A stretch of DNA of 64,000 nt, from assembly GCA_945901025.1 (NCBI GenBank), contig CAMDJW010000003.1, forward strand, positions 107,337-171,336. Reading direction: 5' to 3'. Below the pieces are notes generated by a model that was not told the DNA's origin, did not search any database, and worked only from the letters and a program-made list of their open reading frames with translations. Shown here in pieces: positions 8,397 to 18,601 of the stretch. Both the position numbers and the translations under genes were made by a program. This DNA comes from Spirosoma fluviale (GTDB lineage Bacteria > Bacteroidota > Bacteroidia > Cytophagales > Spirosomataceae). The first letter of the stretch is position 1; each line of letters starts with the position of its first letter.

Positions 8397-9024
8397 AACT
8401 CAAACCATATTGCTTTAATACATCCGCTGGAACACCTTTCCACTCATTCGGTGTATTTCCTTTATACCCTAAATCATCAATACCAATTCTGGAGGTATAA
8501 AAACCTGTCGCAGTTAAATTACGCATCAACGTAAAAAAGTTAACGCCTTGTGAGAATTGCTTTTTCGCCTTTTCAGGGTAGGCAATATCATCTACGATAT
8601 TGATTCGCTGAGCAGGTGTGATCTGCGTAAACAACTTAGAAAAGCGACGATTCGATTCGCTATCCAACCACCTCAATCCCCCACGAACAGGAGTTTTGAA
8701 CTCTGGCTTATCTTTCACAATAAACTCAATAAATCCAGTTACGCCAGACTGCGACGCACTTCCAGATTTTTTATCTGCCGGAATGATGATGTCCGAAAGG
8801 ATGGTAATAGTATCTAATTCATGTTTGTTTAAAAACACTTCGGCCATCAATTTAGCATCTCTTTCTGCCTCATCTTTGGTTCTTCCACCTGGAATTTTTA
8901 AGGCTGCAGCTTTAGGAACGCCATTGGCATTTTCCAATTGCTCCATCGCTCTTGCATCCGGATTTAAAACGGCTAATCCTAAGGAACTTAAACCGATATT
9001 TTTTAAATAATCTCTTCTTTTCAT
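8386..9024 (-). CDS. Gluconate 2-dehydrogenase subunit 3 family protein (Tat small subunit)
   Basis: MKRRDYLK twin-Arg signal; IIPAD..SGSA..GV..FIEF and FF...RNLTATGFYTS motifs; adjacent to the GMC gene. Confidence 0.88.
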   Translation of the reverse strand: MKRRDYLKNIGLSSLGLAVLNPDARAMEQLENANGVPKAAALKIPGGRTKDEAERDAKLMAEVFLNKHELDTITILSDIIIPADKKSGSASQSGVTGFIEFIVKDKPEFKTPVRGGLRWLDSESNRRFSKLFTQITPAQRINIVDDIAYPEKAKKQFSQGVNFFTLMRNLTATGFYTSRIGIDDLGYKGNTPNEWKGVPADVLKQYGLSYDD

Positions 9025-9025
9025 C

Positions 9026-10780
9026 TTATAAATTGGCTTTTTTTCTTTGGTCTATAATATATTCTGAAGTTCTAAGCGATAAGGCTAAAATGGTCCATGT
9101 CGCATTTTTATCCCCTTGCGATACGAATGGAGAAGAATCTGCTAAAAATAAATTCTTCACATCATGCGCTTGGCAATTTGAATTTACGACAGAAGTGCTA
9201 GAATTATTTCCCATCCGGGCTGTTCCCACTTCATGGATAATTCTACCTGGATCGGCCAAACCATAATTGGTATCCGCACCCGGTTTTTTACCTAAGGCTT
9301 CACCACCCATTTCCTGAATGATTTGCTCAAAGGTATCTTGCATGTGTTTCGCTTGCTTAATCTCGTAATCACTCCATTTGTAGTTAAAGCGAACGACCGG
9401 TATACCGTATTTGTCCACAACATTTGGATCGATTTCGCAATAATTATCTTCTCTTGGCACAGGTTCCCCACGTCCAGCAAAACCTACATAAGAACCATAA
9501 TAGCGGCGATAATCTTCTTTCAAAGTTGCACCGTATCCACCGGCAGCTTTACGAAGTCCATCGCGCGTATAGTTTTCTTTTCCATTTAATCCTTCAATTC
9601 CCCAGCCAAAACCGTAACTCGGCATGCCCATTCCACCACCATACTCAATGTGGTATCCACGAGGGAAATCTAATTTAGTATTATCACCCCACCAAGGCGT
9701 GTACACGTGTAATCCACCCACGCCATCTTCATTGTACACCTTACGGTCAAATAATTTAGGAATGATGGCAGAACGCGAAGCACCCGTCGAATCGTTGATG
9801 TATTTACCAACTACCCCACTCGAATTTGCAATACCATCTGGGAAACGAGAACTCTTTGAATTTAATAATAGTCGGGCCGTTTCACCTGCAGATGCAGCTA
9901 ACATCACAATTTTTCCTCTTACGGAATATTCTTGCAAAGTGCCTGTGTGCACATAAGAAACACCAGTCGCTAAACCAGTAGCCGCATCTGTCATGACTTC
10001 TCTGGCCATCGCAAATGGCAGCAAGGTTAAATTTCCAGTCGCCATGGCTGGCTTTACCAACACAGATGAAGAAGAAAAGTCAGCATAAGCTGAACATCCA
10101 CGATTACATTGTGCACAGTAAAAACATGAGCCACGCTCGCTGTTTATGGGTTTTGTTAGGATGGATAAGCGAGAAGGGTAAGTGGGAATTCCCAAAGCCT
10201 TGTTGGCCTTCTTGATCATCAACTCATGTAAACGAGGTTTAGGCGGCGGCAAGAAAAATCCATCTGGATCATTTCTAAGTCCTTCGTTGGTGCCAAAAAC
10301 CCCTAACATTTTATCTATTTTATCATAAAATGGCTTCATGTCGTCGTAGCCAATCGGCCAGTCATCTCCTAAACCATCGATGCTTTTTCTCTTAAAATCA
10401 TCCGGGCCAAAACGCAAGGAAATACGTCCCCAATGATTCGTTCTTCCTCCCACCATACGCGCACGAAACCAGTCAAATTTAGTCCCGTTTTTACGAGTAT
10501 AAGGTTCTCCGTCGATTTCCCAGCCACCATAAGCAGCATCAAAATCTCCGAAAGCTCTGGTCGTTCCAGTTCCTCTGCGAGGGGATTCGTAAGGCCATTT
10601 TAATTGGGTGATGTTCTTAGGGTCAGCCGGATCAAAGGGTTGGCCTGCCTCTAACACACAAACTTTAGCGCCAGCCTTTGTTAATGTATGTGCAGCCATT
10701 CCTCCTCCTGCTCCTGAACCCACAATGACTACATCAAAAACCTCTTGTTGTGATTGAATGTAAATTGAATTATTGATCAT
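9026..10780 (-). CDS. GMC family FAD oxidoreductase (glycoside 3-dehydrogenase-like large subunit)
   Basis: GSGAGGG FAD motif, GGRTNHWGRISLR, C..C..C...C cluster (CFYCAQCNRGC), IIHEVGTARMG, N.TWTILALS. Confidence 0.9.
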   Translation of the reverse strand: MINNSIYIQSQQEVFDVVIVGSGAGGGMAAHTLTKAGAKVCVLEAGQPFDPADPKNITQLKWPYESPRRGTGTTRAFGDFDAAYGGWEIDGEPYTRKNGTKFDWFRARMVGGRTNHWGRISLRFGPDDFKRKSIDGLGDDWPIGYDDMKPFYDKIDKMLGVFGTNEGLRNDPDGFFLPPPKPRLHELMIKKANKALGIPTYPSRLSILTKPINSERGSCFYCAQCNRGCSAYADFSSSSVLVKPAMATGNLTLLPFAMAREVMTDAATGLATGVSYVHTGTLQEYSVRGKIVMLAASAGETARLLLNSKSSRFPDGIANSSGVVGKYINDSTGASRSAIIPKLFDRKVYNEDGVGGLHVYTPWWGDNTKLDFPRGYHIEYGGGMGMPSYGFGWGIEGLNGKENYTRDGLRKAAGGYGATLKEDYRRYYGSYVGFAGRGEPVPREDNYCEIDPNVVDKYGIPVVRFNYKWSDYEIKQAKHMQDTFEQIIQEMGGEALGKKPGADTNYGLADPGRIIHEVGTARMGNNSSTSVVNSNCQAHDVKNLFLADSSPFVSQGDKNATWTILALSLRTSEYIIDQRKKANL

Positions 10781-10826
10781 TATTTTTCTATAGGTTTAAA
10801 GAATGGTAAAAGTATAAAATTTGAGT

Positions 10827-10834
10827 TATTTTTG
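10827..10834 (+). promoter_or_regulatory. Bacteroidota -7 promoter element (TAnnTTTG) upstream of mutS
   Basis: TATTTTTG matches the consensus; overlaps the ORF-track start, implying a downstream start codon. Confidence 0.5.
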
Positions 10835-10855
10835 CTTTCATTACCCGTAATTATT

Positions 10856-13486
10856 TTGGCAAAAAATATAAAAAATGGAGAAGAACCTTTGAAAAAAGGG
10901 GAGACTCCCTTATCCCGACAGTTTAATCAGATCAAGGCTAAATATCCTGGAGCAATATTATTGTTTCGAGTGGGGGATTTCTATGAGACTTTTGGGGAAG
11001 ATGCGGTGAAAGCGTCCAAAATTTTGGGCATTGTGTTGACTCGCCGAAATAATGGAAATGCAGATGATCATTTGGCGGGATTTCCACATCATTCGCTGGA
11101 TACTTATTTGCCTAAATTAGTTCGGGCGGGCCAACGTGTCGCTATTTGCGACCAATTGGAAGATCCTGCTTCCGCCAAAGGAATTGTGAAAAGGGGGGTG
11201 ACGGAATTAGTGACGCCAGGGGTTTCTTTTAATGACCAAGTGCTTGATATTAAGCGCAATAACTATGTGGCGGCTTTGTCCTATTCGGAGAAAGAAGCCT
11301 TGTTTGGCCTCGCTTTTTTAGATATTTCCACGGGTGAATTTATGTGTTCTCAGGGGCCTTTGGCCTACATTCAGAAGATGGTGCAAAGCTTTATGCCTTC
11401 TGAAATTTTATATCCTAAAAAATATCGCGCGCTTTATTTAGAACATTTTGGAGATGCCTTCCACTCGTTTACGTTGGAGGAATGGATTTTTACCCATGAA
11501 TTTGCCTATCCGTTGATGACCCAACATTTTAAGACCCAAAATTTAAAGGGTTTTGGAATTGAAGATATGCCGCTGGGTGTGATTGCGGCTGGTGTGATAT
11601 TGCATTATTTGGCGGAGACGGAGCATAAGCAAGTGGGCCATATTTCCACAATACAGCGAATAGAGGAAGATAAATATGTGTGGTTGGACCGATTTACCAT
11701 TCGAAATTTGGAGTTAATTCATTCGGTTCAGGAAGGTGGTGTACCATTGATTCAGTTGATGGATCAAACGCTCACTCCTATGGGCGCTCGCTTGTTGAGA
11801 AAGTGGATGGTCCTACCTTTAAAAGATTTGAAGGCCATTAATGAACGCCAAGAGGGGGTCGCTGGGCTTATTTCATCTGCTGATTTATTGGATTCTTTAG
11901 TTCATTTATTGAAGCCTGTGGGTGATTTGGAACGTTTGATTTCCAAAGTGGCCGCCACACGGGTGAATCCGCGGGAGTTATTGCAATTGAAACGGGCGCT
12001 CCAACAAATCCCCGAGATCAAGGAATTGTTGGCCAATCAATCTTCTACTTATTTGGCGAAATGGGCGGACCATTTAAATCCTTGCCTTAAACTGGTACAG
12101 AAAATAGACGAGGCTTTGCGGGAAGATGCGCCTATGTTGATTCATCAGGGAGGAATTATTAAAACGGGCTTTTTGCCGGAACTTGACGAATTACATTTGT
12201 TGTCCTCCAATGGCAAGGAATATTTAGCTTCTATGCAGAAGCGTGAAATTGAACGTACGGGCATCAGTTCCTTGAAAATATCGTATAATCGGGTTTTTGG
12301 GTATTATTTGGAAGTAACGCATGCGCACAAAGATCGCGTGCCGGCCGAGTGGATTCGCAAGCAAACCTTGGTGAATGCGGAGCGCTATATTACGGAAGAG
12401 TTGAAAATTTATGAGGAGAAGATTTTAACGGCGGAGGATAAAATCGCGTCGATTGAGTTGGTCATTTTCAATGAATTGGTGCGGGAAGCTTTGGGGTATC
12501 TGGAACTCATTCAGATCAATGCAACCGGCTTGGCTACCTTAGATGTGTTGACGAGCTTTGCAGTAGTCGCTCAAAAAAATAAGTATGCAAGGCCTGTTTT
12601 ACATGAGGGCGATGCGATTGAGATTATTGCGGGTCGACATCCCGTGATTGAAATGTCTTTGGCCGCAGGGGAGGACTATGTTCCCAATGATGTGTTTTTG
12701 GATCATGAGACCCAACAAATCATGATGATTACGGGGCCTAATATGGCGGGAAAATCGGCTCTTTTGAGGCAGACCGCCCTAATCGTTTTATTGGCCCAAA
12801 TGGGCTCATTTGTCCCGGCAGATTCAGCCAATATCGGTTTAGTCGATAAGGTATTTACTCGGGTGGGTGCTTCGGATAACTTGTCCAAAGGCGAGTCCAC
12901 CTTCATGGTTGAGATGACAGAGACCGCTGCTATTTTAAATAATTTGTCTAGTCGGTCTTTGGTTTTGTTGGATGAAATCGGTCGGGGCACCTCGACTTAC
13001 GATGGCGTGTCGATGGCCTGGGCGATTGCCGAGCATCTACATAATCACCCTAAAAACAGTGCTAAGACATTATTTGCCACCCATTACCATGAATTAAACC
13101 AGTTGGCCGAAGACTTTCCCCGCATTAAAAACTACCATGTGTCGGTCAAAGAAGTGGGCAATAAAATTGTTTTTCTTCGCAAATTATTGCCGGGTGGTTC
13201 GGCGCATAGTTTTGGTATTCATGTGGCCCAAATGGCCGGAATGCCCAATTCGTTAGTCTTGAGGGCGCATGAAATTTTACAAAATTTAGAGAAAGATCAT
13301 TCGTTGGACGACCATGTGGAACGCTTGAAAGAGATGCCCAAAGCAAATTTCCAAATGAGTTTATTTGGCGCCGAAATTCCGGAGGGATTACAAAAAGTGC
13401 AGGACCAATTAAACGCTTTGGATGTTAATACACTTTCGCCGATTGAGGCGTTGCTGAAGTTGAATGAGCTGAAACGGTTATTGTAA
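10856..13486 (+). CDS. mutS: DNA mismatch repair protein MutS
   Basis: FRVGDFYETF, Walker A GPNMAGKS, STFMVEM, DEIGRGTST, FATHYHEL; start uncertain (TTG 10856 or 10889). Confidence 0.97.
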   Translation: MAKNIKNGEEPLKKGETPLSRQFNQIKAKYPGAILLFRVGDFYETFGEDAVKASKILGIVLTRRNNGNADDHLAGFPHHSLDTYLPKLVRAGQRVAICDQLEDPASAKGIVKRGVTELVTPGVSFNDQVLDIKRNNYVAALSYSEKEALFGLAFLDISTGEFMCSQGPLAYIQKMVQSFMPSEILYPKKYRALYLEHFGDAFHSFTLEEWIFTHEFAYPLMTQHFKTQNLKGFGIEDMPLGVIAAGVILHYLAETEHKQVGHISTIQRIEEDKYVWLDRFTIRNLELIHSVQEGGVPLIQLMDQTLTPMGARLLRKWMVLPLKDLKAINERQEGVAGLISSADLLDSLVHLLKPVGDLERLISKVAATRVNPRELLQLKRALQQIPEIKELLANQSSTYLAKWADHLNPCLKLVQKIDEALREDAPMLIHQGGIIKTGFLPELDELHLLSSNGKEYLASMQKREIERTGISSLKISYNRVFGYYLEVTHAHKDRVPAEWIRKQTLVNAERYITEELKIYEEKILTAEDKIASIELVIFNELVREALGYLELIQINATGLATLDVLTSFAVVAQKNKYARPVLHEGDAIEIIAGRHPVIEMSLAAGEDYVPNDVFLDHETQQIMMITGPNMAGKSALLRQTALIVLLAQMGSFVPADSANIGLVDKVFTRVGASDNLSKGESTFMVEMTETAAILNNLSSRSLVLLDEIGRGTSTYDGVSMAWAIAEHLHNHPKNSAKTLFATHYHELNQLAEDFPRIKNYHVSVKEVGNKIVFLRKLLPGGSAHSFGIHVAQMAGMPNSLVLRAHEILQNLEKDHSLDDHVERLKEMPKANFQMSLFGAEIPEGLQKVQDQLNALDVNTLSPIEALLKLNELKRLL

Positions 13487-13599
13487 AGACGCGATACTTC
13501 GCGTCTATTTTCTGCAACATGATGATTTATGCTAATTCAAATCAGACGCGAGGTATCGCGTCTCTACATTTTTTCAGACGCGAGGTATCGCGTCTCTAC
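13483..13599. repeat. Second cluster of three REP-like palindromes between convergent mutS and nadK
   Basis: gtaaagacgcgatacttcgcgtcta (13483-13507); cagacgcgaggtatcgcgtctctac twice (13543-13567, 13575-13599). Confidence 0.85.
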
Positions 13600-13603
13600 A
13601 GTT

Positions 13604-14485
13604 TCAATTCCTCACATCCAATCCCCAATTCAATTTATTGCGGAGTGTTTGAAGAAAATCGTCGCCGGGAATTTTGACGATTTTGCCTGAAAATGCAGCC
13701 TTTTTGACTTCAATGGATATTTTGCTATCGATCACTCGGGATCTCGAATCGATGGAAATCAGGAAATTATGACTTCGACTGCTTACCTCAAATTTTAGAA
13801 CGGAGTCACTAGAAACAATTAAGGGACGCACATTTAAATTATGTGGGCTCACCGGCGCAATAATAAATGAGTCCGAAGTAGGGATGACAATAGGTCCGCC
13901 AACGGAAAGTGAATAACCCGTAGATCCTGTAGCTGTCGATACAATGATGCCGTCGGCCCAATAAGTATTCAAATAATTGCCGTCTAAAAATGTTTTGATT
14001 TGAATCATCGAAGACGAATCGGTCTTCATGATACCTACTTCATTTAGGCCAAAATCTTTGCCTTTAAATAAATCTATTTCGGCATCCACTGAGACTAAAT
14101 ATCGGTCTTCGATGGTATATTCGTTCGATAAAACATGTTGCAAAGCCTGGGGAACTTCTTCGGGTGAAAGTGTGGCCAAGAAACCTAATCGGCCTGTGTT
14201 AATTCCCAAAATAGGTATTTCCTTAGCGCCCACGTGGCTTAAAGTCTCTAAAAATGTTCCATCTCCACCAATACTCCAGGCCATTTGAACATTTTCTGGG
14301 CCTTGATCTACTGAATAACTTTGAAATTCATCTACTCCGAATCCATGCTCTTTCAAGTGGGCAATAAAGCTTTCTGAAATTTGAATCTTTTCGTTTTTCG
14401 ATGAGATATCCGCCCATAATTTTTCCATCACAGGCTTCATATCTGCCGAAAACTCCTTTCCGTGAATGGCTAATGGGAAATTCAA
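13604..14485 (-). CDS. nadK: NAD kinase
   Basis: GGDGT, GINTGRLGFL, NE, ADGIIVSTATGSTGYSLSVGGP. Confidence 0.95.
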   Translation of the reverse strand: MNFPLAIHGKEFSADMKPVMEKLWADISSKNEKIQISESFIAHLKEHGFGVDEFQSYSVDQGPENVQMAWSIGGDGTFLETLSHVGAKEIPILGINTGRLGFLATLSPEEVPQALQHVLSNEYTIEDRYLVSVDAEIDLFKGKDFGLNEVGIMKTDSSSMIQIKTFLDGNYLNTYWADGIIVSTATGSTGYSLSVGGPIVIPTSDSFIIAPVSPHNLNVRPLIVSSDSVLKFEVSSRSHNFLISIDSRSRVIDSKISIEVKKAAFSGKIVKIPGDDFLQTLRNKLNWGLDVRN

Positions 14486-14488
14486 AGC

Positions 14489-15157
14489 TTAAGGATTTAA
14501 ATATTTCAGCAATAAATCAAAGCGCGATTGGTCCACTTCTTCATGGTTGCCAAACATGAATGCCTTTTCAATATGAATTTCGTGTCGCTCTAAGCTTTTT
14601 ACGATGGCAGAAAATTGGTCTGTTTGAATTTGTAAAATTAACTCTGGCCAAACGTGATCTTCTTTCGTGGACTTGGTTAAATAACTTCTCGTTATTAAGC
14701 CATTATTTTCTTCAATTATTTTGGCAATCACGCTCATTGAGTCTCTTTGGGTATGAAAGACAATGCGAATAATTCCTCCATTTTGAGCATTAAATCCTGT
14801 GTAAAATAAAGTTTTAGCGATGGATTGCCAAGTCAAATATCCTTGATATTTCATTTGATCATCTACTACAGGAATGACCCCAAAACCACTTTCCTCAAAA
14901 AAGGGTAGACTCGCTAAAATGTCCTCTTCCGTTTCTATTTTTACCTGATTGAGCTCATGCTGAAATTGGTCAATTTTACCATCCGGATGCATGGCTTTCA
15001 TTAACATTTCCTCGGTGATATTTCCGATCCATTGTTTTTTATCTAGCACAGAAATAACGTTCATGTTATTGGAGTGCATGATTTTCAAGGATTTTTGCAC
15101 CGAATCTTGAATGGAAATGGTGGGAAAATCAAAGGATAGAAACGCGAGTGCCATCAT
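14489..15157 (-). CDS. CBS domain protein (CBS pair plus ACT-like C-terminus)
   Basis: Two CBS repeats (ISVLDKKQWIGNITE; IPVVDDQMKYQGYLT); upstream of nadK as commonly seen in Bacteroidota. Confidence 0.8.
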   Translation of the reverse strand: MMALAFLSFDFPTISIQDSVQKSLKIMHSNNMNVISVLDKKQWIGNITEEMLMKAMHPDGKIDQFQHELNQVKIETEEDILASLPFFEESGFGVIPVVDDQMKYQGYLTWQSIAKTLFYTGFNAQNGGIIRIVFHTQRDSMSVIAKIIEENNGLITRSYLTKSTKEDHVWPELILQIQTDQFSAIVKSLERHEIHIEKAFMFGNHEEVDQSRFDLLLKYLNP

Positions 15158-15921
15158 GACGCAATGGGATTATTTTCTAACCAGGTTGACAAAATGCGAT
15201 TAAACTCATCGGGTTGTTCCATCATGGGCGCGTGGCAACATTTATCAATGAAATGCAATACTGATCCTGGAATTAATTGATTGAATTCATGACCTACATG
15301 GGGTGGGGTAATAGTGTCATTTAATCCCCAAATCAAAAGCGTTGGGGTTTTAATGCGCACAATATCTTTGGCCATATTATTTCTCTGCGCTGATTTTGCA
15401 ATGGCGATGATGCGCAATACTTTTGGGATGCTATTAATGATCTCAAATACTTCGTCGACCAATTCCTTAGTTGCCGTTTTAGGATCATAAAAGGTATATT
15501 CAATGCGTTCCTTAATAAATTCGTAATCGCCACGTTTAGGATAAGTCCCTCCCATAGAATTCTCAAATAAACCGGAAGAACCCGTTAAAATAAGCCTTTC
15601 TACTTTATGAGCATGTTTTAATGTATATATCAAAGCCACGTGACCCCCTAATGAATTTCCGATTAAACTAAAGGTTTCTAGTTTTTTGAATGCGACAAAT
15701 TCCTCGAGAAAAACGGTTAATCCTTCACACCCCGCCTCTTTAATGGGCATATCGTGGATCGGCATGAGTGGAATGATGACTCTGTACTTTTGACTAAACA
15801 GATTAATGACGCCTTCCCAGTTGCTTAAGGCGCCAAACAATCCATGAAGTAAAAGTAGAATTTCACCTTTTCCTTCATCAATGTATTGGTAATTGTTTTC
15901 CTCCTTGATACTAAAGTTCAT
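15154..15921 (-). CDS. Alpha/beta fold hydrolase
   Basis: LLHGLFG, GNSLGG nucleophile elbow, IWGLND, CCHAPM; likely start MNFSIK (15921). Confidence 0.9.
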   Translation of the reverse strand: MNFSIKEENNYQYIDEGKGEILLLLHGLFGALSNWEGVINLFSQKYRVIIPLMPIHDMPIKEAGCEGLTVFLEEFVAFKKLETFSLIGNSLGGHVALIYTLKHAHKVERLILTGSSGLFENSMGGTYPKRGDYEFIKERIEYTFYDPKTATKELVDEVFEIINSIPKVLRIIAIAKSAQRNNMAKDIVRIKTPTLLIWGLNDTITPPHVGHEFNQLIPGSVLHFIDKCCHAPMMEQPDEFNRILSTWLENNPIAS

Positions 15922-16006
15922 TCCGAGCTGCCATTTAATCTGCAAATTAGTAAAAACACTTCAAACTTTTGTAAGTTTAAAACGTTTATGAAAATATAAA
16001 CTTAAT

Positions 16007-17221
16007 ATGAATTCAATTGTGATCGTAGGCGGCGGGATAGCAGGTCTACAAGCAGCTCAAATTTTACAAAGGAAAGGACTTGATTTTATTTTAATTGAAA
16101 AATCAATGTCATTAGGCGGTAGAGTCCAAAGTGAAGAATTTCAAGGGTATATCTTAGATCACGGTTTCCAAGTTTTACAGACGGCGTATCCGGAAGTCCA
16201 ACGAAGTCTGCAATTATCTAAATGGGATTTATCTTATTTTCAATCGGGTGCTTATGTGTTGAATGAGGGAAAATTCAAACCCTTTCTCAATCCCTTAAAA
16301 TCGCCTCTTTTATTTTTAAAAAATCTCAATGCAGCCGGGGCTACTATTTTTGATTTTTTGAGGTTGGCTTGGATTTGGTTAAAAACGCAGGGTTCGATTT
16401 CACCGATAAATTCGGACCCAGAAACTACTTCTGAACTTATTTCTAGATATCGTTTTTCAGAAAAATTTCAACGCAATTTTTTAAGGCCTTTTTTTTCCGG
16501 TATATTTTTAGATGATCAATTGGGCCCGCCGGCATCCTTGTTTTTCTATTATATGAAGCAGTTTTTAGAAGGGAGAGCCGCATTGCCCAAACAGGGCATG
16601 GGTGCTATCGCGCTAGATTTAGCTTCTGGAATTCCTAAAGATAAAATAAGAACTGGGGTTTCCGTAACCGAAATTAAGGGGAAATCGCTTCAATTAAATA
16701 ATGGGGATACACTTCATTTTGACCATTTATTAGTAGCGACAGATCCCAAACAAGCCTGTGAATTATTGAAAATTGATTTTCCTCCACAGGCTCATTTTGG
16801 TTCCAAGACCTTTTATTTCAGTATGGACAAAAAGCTTGAGACTTTATTGCCGCTTATTCATTTGATGCCATTATATTCGAGTCCATTGCTGCATTTTTCT
16901 TGCCTGAGCCAAGTAAATTCTGCGCTTGCCCCGGAAGGAAAGCATTTAATTTCAGCGACTAGTCTGCAGATGGATCTTACGGACAAAGAAGTGGCGCAGG
17001 AATTAGCGCGGGTTTTAGGTCTTTCACCGAACGATTTTATATTCTTGAAATCTTTTTCAATCCCTCACTCTTTATTTAAGGTGGGGTTTTTTACTGAAGT
17101 TTGTCAAAAAGCGGCAGAGGAAAATATTATGTTAGTAGGAGATTACACTCTTTTTCCATCTTTGCAAGCGGCCCTATCCTCAGGCCGAAATGCGGCAGAA
17201 AAAATCCTGCAAGATTTGTAA
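16007..17221 (+). CDS. NAD(P)/FAD-dependent oxidoreductase (amine oxidase/protoporphyrinogen oxidase-like)
   Basis: VIVGGGIAG, GGRVQS, LDHGFQVL, GD....S...AL.SG..AA. Confidence 0.82.
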   Translation: MNSIVIVGGGIAGLQAAQILQRKGLDFILIEKSMSLGGRVQSEEFQGYILDHGFQVLQTAYPEVQRSLQLSKWDLSYFQSGAYVLNEGKFKPFLNPLKSPLLFLKNLNAAGATIFDFLRLAWIWLKTQGSISPINSDPETTSELISRYRFSEKFQRNFLRPFFSGIFLDDQLGPPASLFFYYMKQFLEGRAALPKQGMGAIALDLASGIPKDKIRTGVSVTEIKGKSLQLNNGDTLHFDHLLVATDPKQACELLKIDFPPQAHFGSKTFYFSMDKKLETLLPLIHLMPLYSSPLLHFSCLSQVNSALAPEGKHLISATSLQMDLTDKEVAQELARVLGLSPNDFIFLKSFSIPHSLFKVGFFTEVCQKAAEENIMLVGDYTLFPSLQAALSSGRNAAEKILQDL

Positions 17222-17257
17222 ACTGATTAAGCTCAATAATTTTTTTCTGTTTTTGCG

Positions 17258-17265
17258 TATATTTG
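17258..17265 (+). promoter_or_regulatory. Bacteroidota -7 promoter element upstream of the haloperoxidase gene
   Basis: TATATTTG, exact TAnnTTTG match ending 19 nt before the ATG. Confidence 0.55.
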
Positions 17266-17284
17266 CCTCCAATTAAACTCTGAT

Positions 17285-18601
17285 ATGAAAAAAGTCCTAC
17301 TCCTTATTTTTGTTAGCATGGTATTGGTTGCTTGTCAGAAATCGAATCCAAATTTTCAAAAGGATGCGGCAAATCCCGAGTTTTTAATCAGGGCAGAGTT
17401 GATGTTGACCGAGAGCATTATTCATGATATTTTTGCCCCACCCGTTTCGGCTCGTATTTATATGTATGCCGGTATCGCAGGGTATGAAGCGGCTATACCT
17501 GGAGATAAAAAATTCAAATCGCTCGTGGGCCAATTAAATGGCTTTGAGAAAATACCTCAACCGGAAAAGGGGTTGGAGTATTGTTTCCCATTGGCATCTA
17601 CTAGGGCCTATTTGGCTGTGGGGAAAAAATTGACTTTTGCCCAAGAAATGTACAAGGAGTTTGACAAGAAATTAGAAGAAGATTATCAGAAAATTGGCAT
17701 ACCCTCGGACGTTTACGAAAGGTCTATTGCCTACGGAGATTCAGTGGCTGCTGCTGTCATGCGCTATGCAGCTAAGGATAATTATAAGCAAACAAGAGGT
17801 TTACGGTTTACGGTAACGAATTTGCCAGGAACTTGGACCCCTACGCCGCCAGCTTACTTGGACGCAGTAGAACCCTATTGGACTAAAATTCGTCCCGTAA
17901 CGCTAGATTCAGCGTCCCAGTTTAGAGCTCCAGCTCCCTCAAAATTTGATTTAACCAAGGGCAGTCCTTATTACAAGGAGGTGATGGAATCTTATGAAAC
18001 GGTCAAAAATTTGACAGAGGAGCAAAGAAATATTGCTAATTTTTGGGATTGTAATCCGTTTAAAATGAATATCACGGGTCATGCGATGTTTGCGACCAAG
18101 AAAATGTCACCAGGTGGACATTGGTTGGGCATCGTGGGGCAAGTATCTCGCCAATTACATAAATCCTATCTAGAAACGGCGGAGGCATTAGCTCTGACAT
18201 CCATTGGAATCTTTGATGGGTTTATCGCGTGTTGGGATGAAAAATATAGATCTATTCGCATCAGGCCTGAAACGATTATTAATGCGAGCATCGATAAATC
18301 ATGGGTTCCTGTATTGCAAACTCCACCTTTTCCGGAATATACTTCAGGGCATAGCACCATTTCGAGGGCTGCCGCGGAGGTTTTGACAAACTTATATGGG
18401 ACTAATGTTGCCTTTGAGGATTCTACCGAGATACCCTATGGTTTACCCCCAAGAAAATTTAAATCATTTATTCAAGCATCAGATGAGGCGTCGATTTCTC
18501 GTTTATATGGAGGGATTCATTTTATGCCAGCCTTAAACGAGGGAGCTATACAAGGAGGTAAAGTAGGCCAACATCTTTTAACTCGGGTCAAGACGCGCTG
18601 A
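17285..18601 (+). CDS. Vanadium-dependent haloperoxidase/PAP2 family lipoprotein
   Basis: Lipobox VLVAC; K-x6-RP (KYRSIRIRP), PPFPEYTSGH, SRLYGGIH. Confidence 0.88.
   Translation: MKKVLLLIFVSMVLVACQKSNPNFQKDAANPEFLIRAELMLTESIIHDIFAPPVSARIYMYAGIAGYEAAIPGDKKFKSLVGQLNGFEKIPQPEKGLEYCFPLASTRAYLAVGKKLTFAQEMYKEFDKKLEEDYQKIGIPSDVYERSIAYGDSVAAAVMRYAAKDNYKQTRGLRFTVTNLPGTWTPTPPAYLDAVEPYWTKIRPVTLDSASQFRAPAPSKFDLTKGSPYYKEVMESYETVKNLTEEQRNIANFWDCNPFKMNITGHAMFATKKMSPGGHWLGIVGQVSRQLHKSYLETAEALALTSIGIFDGFIACWDEKYRSIRIRPETIINASIDKSWVPVLQTPPFPEYTSGHSTISRAAAEVLTNLYGTNVAFEDSTEIPYGLPPRKFKSFIQASDEASISRLYGGIHFMPALNEGAIQGGKVGQHLLTRVKTR

Noticed and set aside
10832-10855. ORF-track mutS start at TTG 10832
   Set aside because: It overlaps a consensus -7 promoter box, and the extension resembles no MutS N-terminus I know
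1276-13599. REP clusters as mini CRISPR arrays
   Set aside because: Units switch orientation, spacers are 7-35 nt and irregular, and there are no cas genes or leader
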